NCBI GenBank assembly: GCA_963749495.1
Contig: CAVVMW010000008.1
Coordinates: 160,001-224,000, forward strand
Length of the DNA: 64,000 nt
Source of the DNA: an uncultured bacterium
GTDB lineage: Bacteria > Verrucomicrobiota > Verrucomicrobiia > Limisphaerales > UBA8199
Direction of reading: 5' to 3'
Under the pieces are notes generated by a model. It searched no databases. It saw only the letters and a program-made list of their open reading frames with translations, and was not told the DNA's origin. This document shows positions 31,835 through 40,443 of this stretch, piece after piece. How positions within the stretch are numbered: the stretch's first letter is position 1; each line of letters opens with the position of its first letter. Made by a program: the position numbers and the translations under genes.

Positions 31835-32872
31835 ATGGGCGGCTCCCTGCCCCGTCGCTGGATGGCGTTCGTTCAGCTTCGGGACCTATGGCGAAACAGA
31901 TGCCCGTTGGGCTTGGTAGCCACGGGCTGGGGGGGAGGAGTTTTTCGTTGCGCCACCGCCAGAACGGGGCTTATTCTGTCCTTGGTCGTGAAAGCACAAA
32001 TCGGTTTTGCCAAAACTGGCTGGGGAAAAGCCCGGGAGAGAAGGGTGCGGCTTGGCCAGCCACTTTGGGATCCCCTGAGAGGTTCAGATGCAGGCTTGCC
32101 CTGCATTCCTTCCCTGTCGCTCATTCCAACGTCCAGCGTCGAGCGGTTGGCGATCGGCCGTCTATGCGCAGCGCATGGCACCGTACTACTCTATGGGAGC
32201 TACGCTCGCGGTGACAACAAAGCAAATTCGGATATCGATCTGCTGGTCATCGAGCAAGTTCAGCGAGTTACGATCGAATTACCCCCTCGCCTTTCGGTCA
32301 GCTTTTACACGCCAGAGCACTTTCGGGCGATGGCGCGACGGGGAAGCCTATTCGTCCTCCATCTCAGCGAGGAAGCTAGAATTCTCGTTGACCGACGGAC
32401 GGTCATGCCCTCCCTTTTGCATGCATGGGTTCCCCCCGACTACAGTCGGCTCCGCGAGGGCATGGACGCTGCCGCGGCGGTTTTAGATCCAACTCGCGAA
32501 TCCATAGCGCCGACACTCTTACGGCGTGTGGCGCTTTTCATTCTTCGTTCACTGCTCTATGCAGAGTGCGCCCAGCGCGGGAAACCTTCGTTCGCCATGT
32601 CTGCCGTCGCTCATGTCCTCGGCGATTCGCGAATCTCTCTCCTTTTTGATGAAATCGGCGTGGCTCCCGACACGCATATTCTTGAGCGGTCCAGAGAACT
32701 CATTGGGCATTACTTGGGAAAGGCGATCAAAAACCCCTTTGGTGGACTTGAAGCACTTGCCGTTGCCTGCTGCCGTCGTTACCCGATGGCATCGCATCTC
32801 GCGGTGCAACTCCTGACTGGAGGACAGGGCATTGGCTATACCAGTGCGCCAGCCGATTGGACCTCGGCATGA
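31835..32872 (+). CDS. Pol-beta-superfamily nucleotidyltransferase, HalB-like (true start probably near 32090-32150)
   Basis: LLYGSYARGD...SDIDLL; GSLFVLHLSEEA motif; helical C-terminal domain ending GIGYTS. Confidence 0.8.
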   Translation: MGGSLPRRWMAFVQLRDLWRNRCPLGLVATGWGGGVFRCATARTGLILSLVVKAQIGFAKTGWGKARERRVRLGQPLWDPLRGSDAGLPCIPSLSLIPTSSVERLAIGRLCAAHGTVLLYGSYARGDNKANSDIDLLVIEQVQRVTIELPPRLSVSFYTPEHFRAMARRGSLFVLHLSEEARILVDRRTVMPSLLHAWVPPDYSRLREGMDAAAAVLDPTRESIAPTLLRRVALFILRSLLYAECAQRGKPSFAMSAVAHVLGDSRISLLFDEIGVAPDTHILERSRELIGHYLGKAIKNPFGGLEALAVACCRRYPMASHLAVQLLTGGQGIGYTSAPADWTSA

Positions 32873-33549
32873 AGCCCGTCGCCATTGTTGGGGACGTCCA
32901 CGGTGACTTCAATGCCCTCAGACGTATGCTGGCGCGACTCGAACGTGCGGATCGTCCTGTCATCTTTGTGGGTGACTACGTGAACGGGGGAGCAGCTTCC
33001 GCGGCAGTTCTTGAGGAGTTGTCGAAAAGAAAACTCTCACAACCGGACCGCTGGCGATTCCTGGCGGGAAATCACGATCTCGCTTTACTCGATTACCTCC
33101 ACGGCCGAATCAGCTTTTCAATTCTCGCAGCAATGGGAGGCGTTTCTACCTTGGCCTCCTACCTACCGGACGTACGCGGTGACGTACGCAGAGCATTCGC
33201 TGCTGTATTTCCTGCGCACCATTGTTGGTTCTTGGAAACACTTTCTCCATGCTTTGAAGAGGAAGACCTGCTTGTCTCCCACGTTGGTTTCTGCCCTGAC
33301 CAACCCGAAGCACGAAGTCTTGAGGCGCTTGCGAGAACGGGGAACCGGGGCGTGTTCTCGTCCTCTGGCCCCCGGAACCTCGTCGTATGCGGACATTTCT
33401 TGCAGACAAGCCGAATGCCGTTCCATAACGAACATCTCATCTGTCTCGATACTGGATGTGGTATTGCTGACGGTCCGTTGACTGCTGTGCTGCTTCCAGA
33501 AAAGGAGTTTCTGACCGTCATGCCCGGTCAATCACCGGAGGAACCATGA
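32869..33549 (+). CDS. Calcineurin-like metallophosphoesterase (PPP/ApaH-like)
   Basis: GDVHG, GDYVNGG, GNHD, CGH and LDTG motifs; ATGA overlaps at both ends. Confidence 0.88.
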   Translation: MKPVAIVGDVHGDFNALRRMLARLERADRPVIFVGDYVNGGAASAAVLEELSKRKLSQPDRWRFLAGNHDLALLDYLHGRISFSILAAMGGVSTLASYLPDVRGDVRRAFAAVFPAHHCWFLETLSPCFEEEDLLVSHVGFCPDQPEARSLEALARTGNRGVFSSSGPRNLVVCGHFLQTSRMPFHNEHLICLDTGCGIADGPLTAVLLPEKEFLTVMPGQSPEEP

Positions 33550-34650
33550 GCCAATTGTCGTTTTCCACAATGATCCGAGAGTCTGCGATCGCTACGCGAC
33601 GGTGGATCGGCCGTTTATGCGACGCATTATGCATGTCAAAGCTTCTATAAGCTCCCGAGCGAACCACCCGCCATTTCGGCGATTTCCTTTGCCGGAGTCT
33701 TCTCCTCGACGACGAAAATCTATTCGATGATGGACCGGCAGGAGGAGGGAGAACGGTACGTTCTTGAATCCTTCTATGCGTTCTTGAGAGAGCACGAGGA
33801 TTCAAGGCTCATGCATTGGAACATGAACTCTGCTGATTTTGGTTTCCAGGCTCTGGCCAATCGCTACGTTCGCGTTATCGGCAAGGAACCCCCATGCACT
33901 CATCCCGAGGGACGGCTTATTGATCTCGACGAACTCATTGGCCTTGGGTATGGACGGGACTTCGCCGAGCATCCAAGACTCATCAACCTCGCTCGGCTAA
34001 ACGACTTCAAGACTCAGTTCTTTCTGAGCGGAAAAGATGAGGCAGATCTTTTTGAAAGAAATGAGCATGCGAAAATCAGACGTTCGGTCAGTGAAAAAGC
34101 TGCAATATTAGTATTCCTGACAAAGAAGCTGGTTGACGGGACACTGGAAACTCGACACGGTGGCCAACGGCTCGATTTCGCCGGAAACTCATTCGATTCA
34201 GTCGCGGTGGTCGTGGCAGTGGGAGCTCGGATGCTCAATGTTCAGCGCCAGTTGAGGAATCGCCACGGTTCTCGGCCGACGATTACGGTGAGCGACGAAT
34301 ACGATGCGCAAGACTTATTCAACGCTCTCCTCCGCGTGTTTTTTGACGACATCCGTCGGGAGGAATGGTCGCCGAGTTATGCTGGCGGGGCGTCACGTAT
34401 CGATTTTGTTTTGCCCCGGTACAGGCTCGGAATTGAGTTCAAGTATGCCCGGGAATCGATGACGTCGCAAGACCTTGGTGAACAATTGATCATTGACATA
34501 GACAAATACAAAACGCATCCGTCTGTGCGTCACCTCGTGTGTTTGGTTTTTGATCCGCATGGCTATTTGAATAACCCACGTGGAATCGAGGATGATTTAA
34601 GCCGTCCTCGTGAAGGGTTGGCTGTGACAGCACGCATTTTCGATCGATGA
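33546..34650 (+). CDS. Fusion of a 3'-5' exonuclease-like N-terminal domain and a PD-(D/E)XK nuclease (REase DpnII-MboI type); apparent 1-bp insertion at ~33576
   Basis: The frame is open from 33574 (HYACQSFY...HWNMN..FGF); C-terminus DEYDAQDL...REEWSPSYAGGASRIDF...IEFK...QLIIDIDKY. Confidence 0.8.
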
Positions 34651-34766
34651 CCATCGCTTCCATGCCGGCGATTGCGGTCGGCGGTGAGCAGTGCCTGGTG
34701 CTCCGGGCTGACGGCACGGTGGCCGCGTGGGGCTGTAATGAAGCCGGACTATGGTTTGCGCTCTAG
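34647..34766 (+). pseudogene. Single RCC1/BLIP-II repeat remnant
   Basis: AIAVGGEQCLVLRADGTVAAWGCNEAG. Confidence 0.55.
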
Positions 34767-35705
34767 CCTCGCCGGGCCCCGCTCGATGTAATCCGCCCAA
34801 GCACCGGAGATTTCGGCTTGGGTTAATTTCGGCGCGATGAGCAGGCGGGCGCGGGCGCGGGCGGTTTGGCCCGGCTTCAGGTCCAGGCCGAACAAGGACA
34901 GGTAGAGCGAGTTGTGCGGGTCGCTCTGCTGCGGGGTGGAGATGGCGAAGCAATCACCCGGACGCGCCATCAGGACCGCCGTCAGGCCCGTGACGGGGGC
35001 GCGGCGGACCGCCAGCAGCCGGACTAACCGGGGCATCACCACCCAATCCACCGGGTTGGGCTGGAACTTCCATCGCCCGTCGCCGATGATTGCCGCCGCG
35101 GCGTCATCGCGCGGAAAGGCCAGCCACGCGCCGTAACTCTTGTCCGCCGCCACGAGCGGTTCCGATTTGTCCGGACCGCCGGCCCAGACCAGCGCGTTGG
35201 TGAAGTCCATCGTGAAGTATGAAGCGAGGAAGGACTCGAACCTGAGCAGGTTGGTTTGTGCCACGACCGTGGTTTCCAGGTCCAGGACGTTTGGGGCGGC
35301 CCAGCGGTAGAGGGCGCGCAGCTCGAATGGGCGGTCCGGGGCGGACGGCCAGCGCACCTCGACGCCGCCGTTCCGGCCTGGCCTGGCCTCGCTGGGCCAC
35401 TCCCAGGCGGCGGTGCCATAGCGTTTGCCCGCGCTGAAGACCCGGTAATGGCTGAACAAGCCCATGCTGCTGTCGAGCCGCATTCCCGAAGGCAGGTACA
35501 CAACCGAGGAAAGGCCCATCGAGCGGCCCTGGGCGCGCAACTTGCCCCGCAGCACGCCGGTGTCAAACGTGAACTCGTTCCCGCCGGCGGGTGAAAACGA
35601 AAGCGCGGGCGCAGGCTGGCTGTTGGTGTTCATTTGGGCTTGGGCCAGGCAGCGACCCGAGAGGGCGCAGCACAGGACAGCGGAGATCGCAAAGGGTGTT
35701 TTCAC
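34749..35705 (-). CDS. Secreted hypothetical protein
   Basis: Long ORF with GC3-biased codons and a signal-peptide-like start (GTG 35705). Confidence 0.7.
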   Translation of the reverse strand: MKTPFAISAVLCCALSGRCLAQAQMNTNSQPAPALSFSPAGGNEFTFDTGVLRGKLRAQGRSMGLSSVVYLPSGMRLDSSMGLFSHYRVFSAGKRYGTAAWEWPSEARPGRNGGVEVRWPSAPDRPFELRALYRWAAPNVLDLETTVVAQTNLLRFESFLASYFTMDFTNALVWAGGPDKSEPLVAADKSYGAWLAFPRDDAAAAIIGDGRWKFQPNPVDWVVMPRLVRLLAVRRAPVTGLTAVLMARPGDCFAISTPQQSDPHNSLYLSLFGLDLKPGQTARARARLLIAPKLTQAEISGAWADYIERGPARLERKP

Positions 35706-35758
35706 GTGCCGGGACAGGAAATTGAAAATTTGAAATTGGCACCGCACGGCCGAGGTCG

Positions 35759-35858
35759 CGAAGCGTTTTGGACTGCGCCAGTCCTCTGGCGCTTTTGGGA
35801 CCCGTGGGAACACGAAAGCGGTCCCGATGGATCGGGACCGCAGTCCAAAACCTGGCGG
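35759..35858. repeat. REP-like palindrome, family C (TTTTGGACTGCG...CGCAGTCCAAAA)
   Basis: Inverted arms; second copy at ~43565-43665. Confidence 0.8.
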
Positions 35859-35870
35859 ACTTTTCATCGT

Positions 35871-37199
35871 TCATCCTCCGAGCGACGCGGGGTCGCTCAC
35901 ATCGCCCTTGTTAAACGCCACATAGGCCTCGGTCAAATCGGCGGCATAGATGAGCGCAGCGGCGCGGCCGAGGTTCAGGCGGATGTGCAGATCGAATTCG
36001 GTGGCGGCGACGGCTCCGCAAAGCTCCTGGAAGGTGGCCGCAGTCGGCTGGCCGCGCCTGAGGCTCCACAGGATTTTCCCGCTCCCTGGCGCGCTGTAGC
36101 CAATGTCCACTTTCTCCTCGGCTATTTTGGCGGGGCTGTAGCCCAGGGCGGCTATGATGCGGCCCCAGTTGGGGTCGCCCCCGTGCCAACTGGTCTTGAC
36201 CAGCGCGCTGTTGGCCACCGCGCGCGCCGCCGCGTCCGCTTCGCCAAACGACCTGGCCCCCGTCACACGCACCGTGACGAACCGCGAGACCCCCTCGCCG
36301 TCGCGCACAATCATCTTGGCCAACTCCAGGCAGACATGGCTCAACGCCGCCCGGAACGTCGCGAACTTCCGTGACCCGGTGTTTCGGACTGCGGGCTTGG
36401 GGCCCGCAAGCCCGTTCGCCAGGACCAGGACCGTGTCGTTGGTGCTCATATCGCCGTCAACGGTGATGCGATTGAAGCTGTTGGCAACGGCTTGATCCAA
36501 GGCGGCCTGGAGCGGTTTGGCCTCGATGGCCGCGTCCGTGGTGATGAAGCAGAGCATCGTGGCGTGAAGCGGCATGGCCGCGGGCCGGTGCCCGGTCACG
36601 CTCATGCCCGGCTGGATCATGCCCGCCCCTTTGCAGATGCCTCCCAACCGGACCGGTTGGCCGCCCAGCTTGAACTCGACCGCCACCTGTTTGGGGCGCG
36701 TGTCACTGGTCATGATGGCCTCCATGGCCTGGCCCGCGTGCGCCGGCGTGGAGCCCAACCCGGCCGCCGCCTCGATGATCCCGGCGCGGACGTTTTCCAT
36801 CGGCAATGTCAGGCCGATGCGGCCCGTCGAGCCGGCCAGCGCCAGGCCCGCCGGCAGGGCCAGCGCCTGCTCCGCAAAGCGGACCATCGCCCGCGCGTCC
36901 TTGAGCCCCTGCTTGCCCGTGCAGGCATTGGCATTGCCGGAGTTGACCACGATCGCCTGGGCACGGCCGCGCTTCACGCGCTCGATACAAACCCTGACCG
37001 GCGCGGCGCAGGCCTGGTTGGTCGTGAACGTGCCGGCCACTGTCGCCGGCCCCTCCGAGACGATCAGCGCCAAGTCCCGTTTCCGGCCCTTCTCCGAGCC
37101 CGCCCCCGTGCCAAGCCGCTTGATGTCGCAAAAGACCCCCGAAGCGCGAAAGCCGCGCGCGGCAAGGATAGAACCCGGTATCTCAGTCAGCTTAATCAT
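35871..37199 (-). CDS. argJ: Bifunctional ornithine acetyltransferase/N-acetylglutamate synthase
   Basis: NSGNANACTG, KGAGMI, ATML, VDGDMSTND, DGEG and DPNWGRI. Confidence 0.96.
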   Translation of the reverse strand: MIKLTEIPGSILAARGFRASGVFCDIKRLGTGAGSEKGRKRDLALIVSEGPATVAGTFTTNQACAAPVRVCIERVKRGRAQAIVVNSGNANACTGKQGLKDARAMVRFAEQALALPAGLALAGSTGRIGLTLPMENVRAGIIEAAAGLGSTPAHAGQAMEAIMTSDTRPKQVAVEFKLGGQPVRLGGICKGAGMIQPGMSVTGHRPAAMPLHATMLCFITTDAAIEAKPLQAALDQAVANSFNRITVDGDMSTNDTVLVLANGLAGPKPAVRNTGSRKFATFRAALSHVCLELAKMIVRDGEGVSRFVTVRVTGARSFGEADAAARAVANSALVKTSWHGGDPNWGRIIAALGYSPAKIAEEKVDIGYSAPGSGKILWSLRRGQPTAATFQELCGAVAATEFDLHIRLNLGRAAALIYAADLTEAYVAFNKGDVSDPASLGG

Positions 37200-37205
37200 C
37201 TCGAG

Positions 37206-38510
37206 CTACTCACTCCGGCGCCAGTGCCGGTCCGCGAAATCCATAAACACACCCCAGTCGGCGGCAGTCATCGAGTGTTTTCCGGAACGGATGTAGTAAC
37301 CCAGAGCGCTGCTGACCAGTTGGCCCTGGGGGGGCATCTGGGTGGCAACCAGGCCCGGCACGCCCAGGAAACGATAGACCGGGTCGGCGGCGAGAAGGGC
37401 CTCGAACTGGCCGGGTGGGTTGGCCCATTGGTCCTCCTGGGCAGCCGAGAACAAGACCGGCCTGGGGGCGCAGAGGGCCACCAGGCAATTCTGGTCGAAG
37501 GGCAGCCGTTCCGGCGCCGGGTTAAACTCCTTGAAACGGGCGTTGAACCAATGGGCAAAATGGTCGTTGATGGCCTTGACCGATTCGCCGAGCTTGCCGC
37601 GGCTGGGGGCGGAGCCGCCGCAGCCGGCCTGGTGGGGAAAGGCGATGGCGATGCGCTCGTCATAGGCTGCCGCCAGCAGGGCGGTCTTGCCGTTGCGCGA
37701 ATGGCCCAGGGCAGCTATCCGGTGGGGGTCGATGTCGGGGTCTGTGACCAGGTAATCCACGCAGCGTTGGAAGCCCCAGGCCCAGGCGGCCAGCGTGCCC
37801 CGGTCGGCGGGTTTGTTCCGGGCGGGATCGCCTCCGGCCAGCCAGGCATAGATCCCGCTGCTCACGTCGGCGCGGTCCGAATCAACGTCCCCGCTGTAAA
37901 ACGCGGCCAGGGCGTAGCCGCGGCGGACGATCTCGGCCAGGGGCCAGTCGGCCGCCTGGGCACCGCGCCCCGCCTCGGTGGCGGCATGGTTGGCGCAGCC
38001 CGCGCACGAGTCGGCCATCCAGGTCCGCGGCAAGGGCACCCGCGAGTCGGACGTCAGGGCGTGATTGCCGCAAAAGTTCATCGCCAGGAACACCGGCGCC
38101 GGGCCGGGCCGCTCCTTGGGCGCCACGACTATCAGGCCGATGCGTGGCGCGTCGGCGGCCGGGTCCGTCACCAGCGTCACCACCTTGAGCGTCGCCTTGC
38201 CCTCGAGGAAATCCGCGTACTGGCCCTCGACCTGGACCCGCATGTGGGCCGGTTTGGGCGGGATCGGCCCATACATGTAATGGGCAAATAGCGCCTTGAG
38301 TTCCGGGCGGCGCTCGAGGAACCACTGCGTCGGGCTGGAAATCCGCCGCCCGTCCAGCATCACCAGCGGGTCGGGCATCCCCGCCTGCGGCGGCAACGAC
38401 GCGAACTCCGGAAACGAGCCGGGCGCGGGCGCCCCCGCGCCGACGGCCGGGAGCAGCGCGCCAGCGGCCATGGCGCAGCACAAGAGGATGGACCCTGGAT
38501 TTCGGTTCAT
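37206..38510 (-). CDS. Glucuronyl/acetylxylan esterase-like alpha/beta hydrolase (CE15-like)
   Basis: AWAWG, GHSRNGK and LPFDQ..L.ALCAPRP; signal peptide. Confidence 0.85.
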   Translation of the reverse strand: MNRNPGSILLCCAMAAGALLPAVGAGAPAPGSFPEFASLPPQAGMPDPLVMLDGRRISSPTQWFLERRPELKALFAHYMYGPIPPKPAHMRVQVEGQYADFLEGKATLKVVTLVTDPAADAPRIGLIVVAPKERPGPAPVFLAMNFCGNHALTSDSRVPLPRTWMADSCAGCANHAATEAGRGAQAADWPLAEIVRRGYALAAFYSGDVDSDRADVSSGIYAWLAGGDPARNKPADRGTLAAWAWGFQRCVDYLVTDPDIDPHRIAALGHSRNGKTALLAAAYDERIAIAFPHQAGCGGSAPSRGKLGESVKAINDHFAHWFNARFKEFNPAPERLPFDQNCLVALCAPRPVLFSAAQEDQWANPPGQFEALLAADPVYRFLGVPGLVATQMPPQGQLVSSALGYYIRSGKHSMTAADWGVFMDFADRHWRRSE

Positions 38511-38699
38511 AGTTCGTATTTCGATTGCCGGCACTGTTCGGCTGCAACCGAGTGGGACCGGAATAACGCAATCCGGCAGCGGATACAAATAGAATCCACT
38601 TGAATTTGGCGGCTCAGAATCTATGCTGGAGCGACAATGAGGCCCGCGGACAGCTTGCCGCCACCGCGCGTGAGCCGATGAGGCCCAGGAAGAGTTGCT

Positions 38700-39428
38700 A
38701 TGATAGGACGGAAGCATCACCGGACGTGGCAGACCTTTGACGAGATGCGCAAGGCCGCCGAAGAGGGCGACCCGCTCGCAGAATGTTACGTGGGTATCTG
38801 CTACCAGAACGCCAAAGGTGTCGAGCAGGACTACAAGGAGGCGGTGAAGTGGTTTCGCCGCGCGGCCGACAAGAACGATGCGAAGGCGCAATGCTACCTG
38901 GGCTATTGCTACCAAAACGGGCTGGGCGTGCCCCAGGAGTTGGACCAGGCGCTCAAATGGTTCCGGGAGGCGGCAGGGCACGGCGACCCGGCCGCCCAGT
39001 TCAATCTGGGCGTGCTCTACGAGACCGGCCAGGGTATCGCCCAGAACTACGCCGAGGCGGTACGGTGGTATCACGCCGCGGCGGACCAGGGCGAGCCCCA
39101 GGCCCAGTTCAACCTGGGCGTCTTCTATGAGACGGGCCAGGTCGTGCCCCAGAGTTTCGAGGAGGCGGTCAGGTGGTACCGCCGCGCGGCCGAGCAGGAA
39201 TGCGCCCCCGCCCAGTGCAATCTGGGCCTTTGCTACGAAACCGGCCGGGGCGTGCCCCGGAACATCCAGGAGGCGGTCAAGTGGTTTGCCCGCGCCGCCC
39301 GCCAGGGCGACAAGACCGCCCAGCACAATCTGGGCCTCTATTACGCCAGCCTCGAGGCCGCCGAAGAAGCGACCCAGCAGATGCCAGCCGCGCCTGACAC
39401 CGAAGCCTCTGGAGAGGACCACGCATGA
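38700..39428 (+). CDS. Sel1-repeat protein
   Basis: Repeated AQFNLGxxYExGxGV....EAVxWY/F-x-x-AA. Confidence 0.92.
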   Translation: MIGRKHHRTWQTFDEMRKAAEEGDPLAECYVGICYQNAKGVEQDYKEAVKWFRRAADKNDAKAQCYLGYCYQNGLGVPQELDQALKWFREAAGHGDPAAQFNLGVLYETGQGIAQNYAEAVRWYHAAADQGEPQAQFNLGVFYETGQVVPQSFEEAVRWYRRAAEQECAPAQCNLGLCYETGRGVPRNIQEAVKWFARAARQGDKTAQHNLGLYYASLEAAEEATQQMPAAPDTEASGEDHA

Positions 39429-39574
39429 CCCTCGTCAACGTGAACATTCTCCTTTACGTTTCCGATGCTCACCTGGCAGCGCTCGCCGTCGAACACAACT
39501 GCACCCTCCAGTTGACGGACACTGACTTCGCCCGCTTCCGGGGCCTGAAATGGAGCAACCCGGTGAGAGAATGA
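39425..39574 (+). pseudogene. Internally deleted VapC/PIN remnant (49 codons)
   Basis: MTLVNVNILLY joined directly to VSDAHLAALAVEH...TDTDFARFRGLKWSNP. Confidence 0.7.
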
Positions 39575-39587
39575 TTGGCGCGATACG

Positions 39588-40007
39588 TCAACCGGGCGCC
39601 ACCAGGGGAATCACCTGCCGTTCGAACCGCCGGTAGATTTGGAAGTCCCGCTTGTCGAGGGTGAAGACGCGGGAATCGCGCTTCAGTTCGGACATGCGCA
39701 CCAGGCAGGCGTCTGCGAGCTGCATTCCCTGGTCGTGATATTTTTCCAGCAGGTGCGCTACCGGGCCGGCATGCGCCTCCAGGCGGAACGGGGCCGTGAT
39801 GATCCCACGCTCGAACAGCGCCAGGATCTTGGCGGTGGGCAGCCCGGCGTGCTCTCGCAGGAGGTAGCCCGCCTCCGCCAGGACCGCCTCGCACGTCAAC
39901 ATGGGAACCGGCGCCTTTGCCCATTGTTCCTTAACCCACGGGTGGTCGGCGTCGCTGCGGTCGAAGAACGCGACGAGCGGTCCGGTGTCCAGCAGCCAGG
40001 CGGTCAT
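39588..40007 (-). CDS. vapC: PIN-domain toxin
   Basis: LLDTGPLVA, EAVLAEA, MQLADACLV and FTLDKRDF. Confidence 0.9.
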   Translation of the reverse strand: MTAWLLDTGPLVAFFDRSDADHPWVKEQWAKAPVPMLTCEAVLAEAGYLLREHAGLPTAKILALFERGIITAPFRLEAHAGPVAHLLEKYHDQGMQLADACLVRMSELKRDSRVFTLDKRDFQIYRRFERQVIPLVAPG

Positions 40008-40234
40008 CGTCCGAACCCCTCGAGGCGCTTCTTGTTTCGGGCCAGATCGCGCAGGCCGCTCTGGACGCAACCGCACAGGTCCGCCGCCAGGTCGAGCGCC
40101 GTCTGGTGCTGCCGCCGCCGCCGCTGCTGGAGAATCTCCCGCACCAGGGCGGATTTGGGCCGCCCAGCCTGCCTGGCCTCATTCTCCAGCCAGCCTGACA
40201 GCTCGTCCGGCAACTTCATCGTCAAGGTCTTCAT
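40004..40234 (-). CDS. Ribbon-helix-helix (CopG) antitoxin
   Basis: MKTLTMKLPDEL...KSALVREIL; overlaps the PIN start. Confidence 0.85.
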   Translation of the reverse strand: MKTLTMKLPDELSGWLENEARQAGRPKSALVREILQQRRRRQHQTALDLAADLCGCVQSGLRDLARNKKRLEGFGR

Positions 40235-40302
40235 GCCGCAATGGTAACACTGATATGACAGAATAACAATACGGCCTTTTTCCACGAGCGCCGCGAGTCC
40301 GT

Positions 40303-40373
40303 ACCTTTGTCGCAACCTTTGTCGGCTTGGCCATGCCTCGACAAAGGCGGCGACAAAGGTTGCGACAAAGGTT
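40303..40373. repeat. (CCTTTGTCG)n/(CGACAAAGG)n palindrome without TIRs
   Basis: Same core as the 23927 MITE. Confidence 0.8.
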
Positions 40374-40443
40374 TGGGATCGGAGGTTCCAGGTTAAACTT
40401 GCCAGAGTTGCCTGGGGGAAGGGGTGGTAGTACGTTGGCCGCG

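Noticed and set aside
31835..32872. NTase as a CBASS CD-NTase or MNT-HEPN antitoxin
   Set aside because: It has a minimal GSxARGD-type fold rather than CD-NTase architecture, and there are no Cap genes or HEPN (RxxxxH) partner.
33547..33573. TGA readthrough fusing the phosphatase to the nuclease
   Set aside because: It would need two readthroughs (33547 and 33571); the coupled ATG at 33546 plus one indel is simpler.
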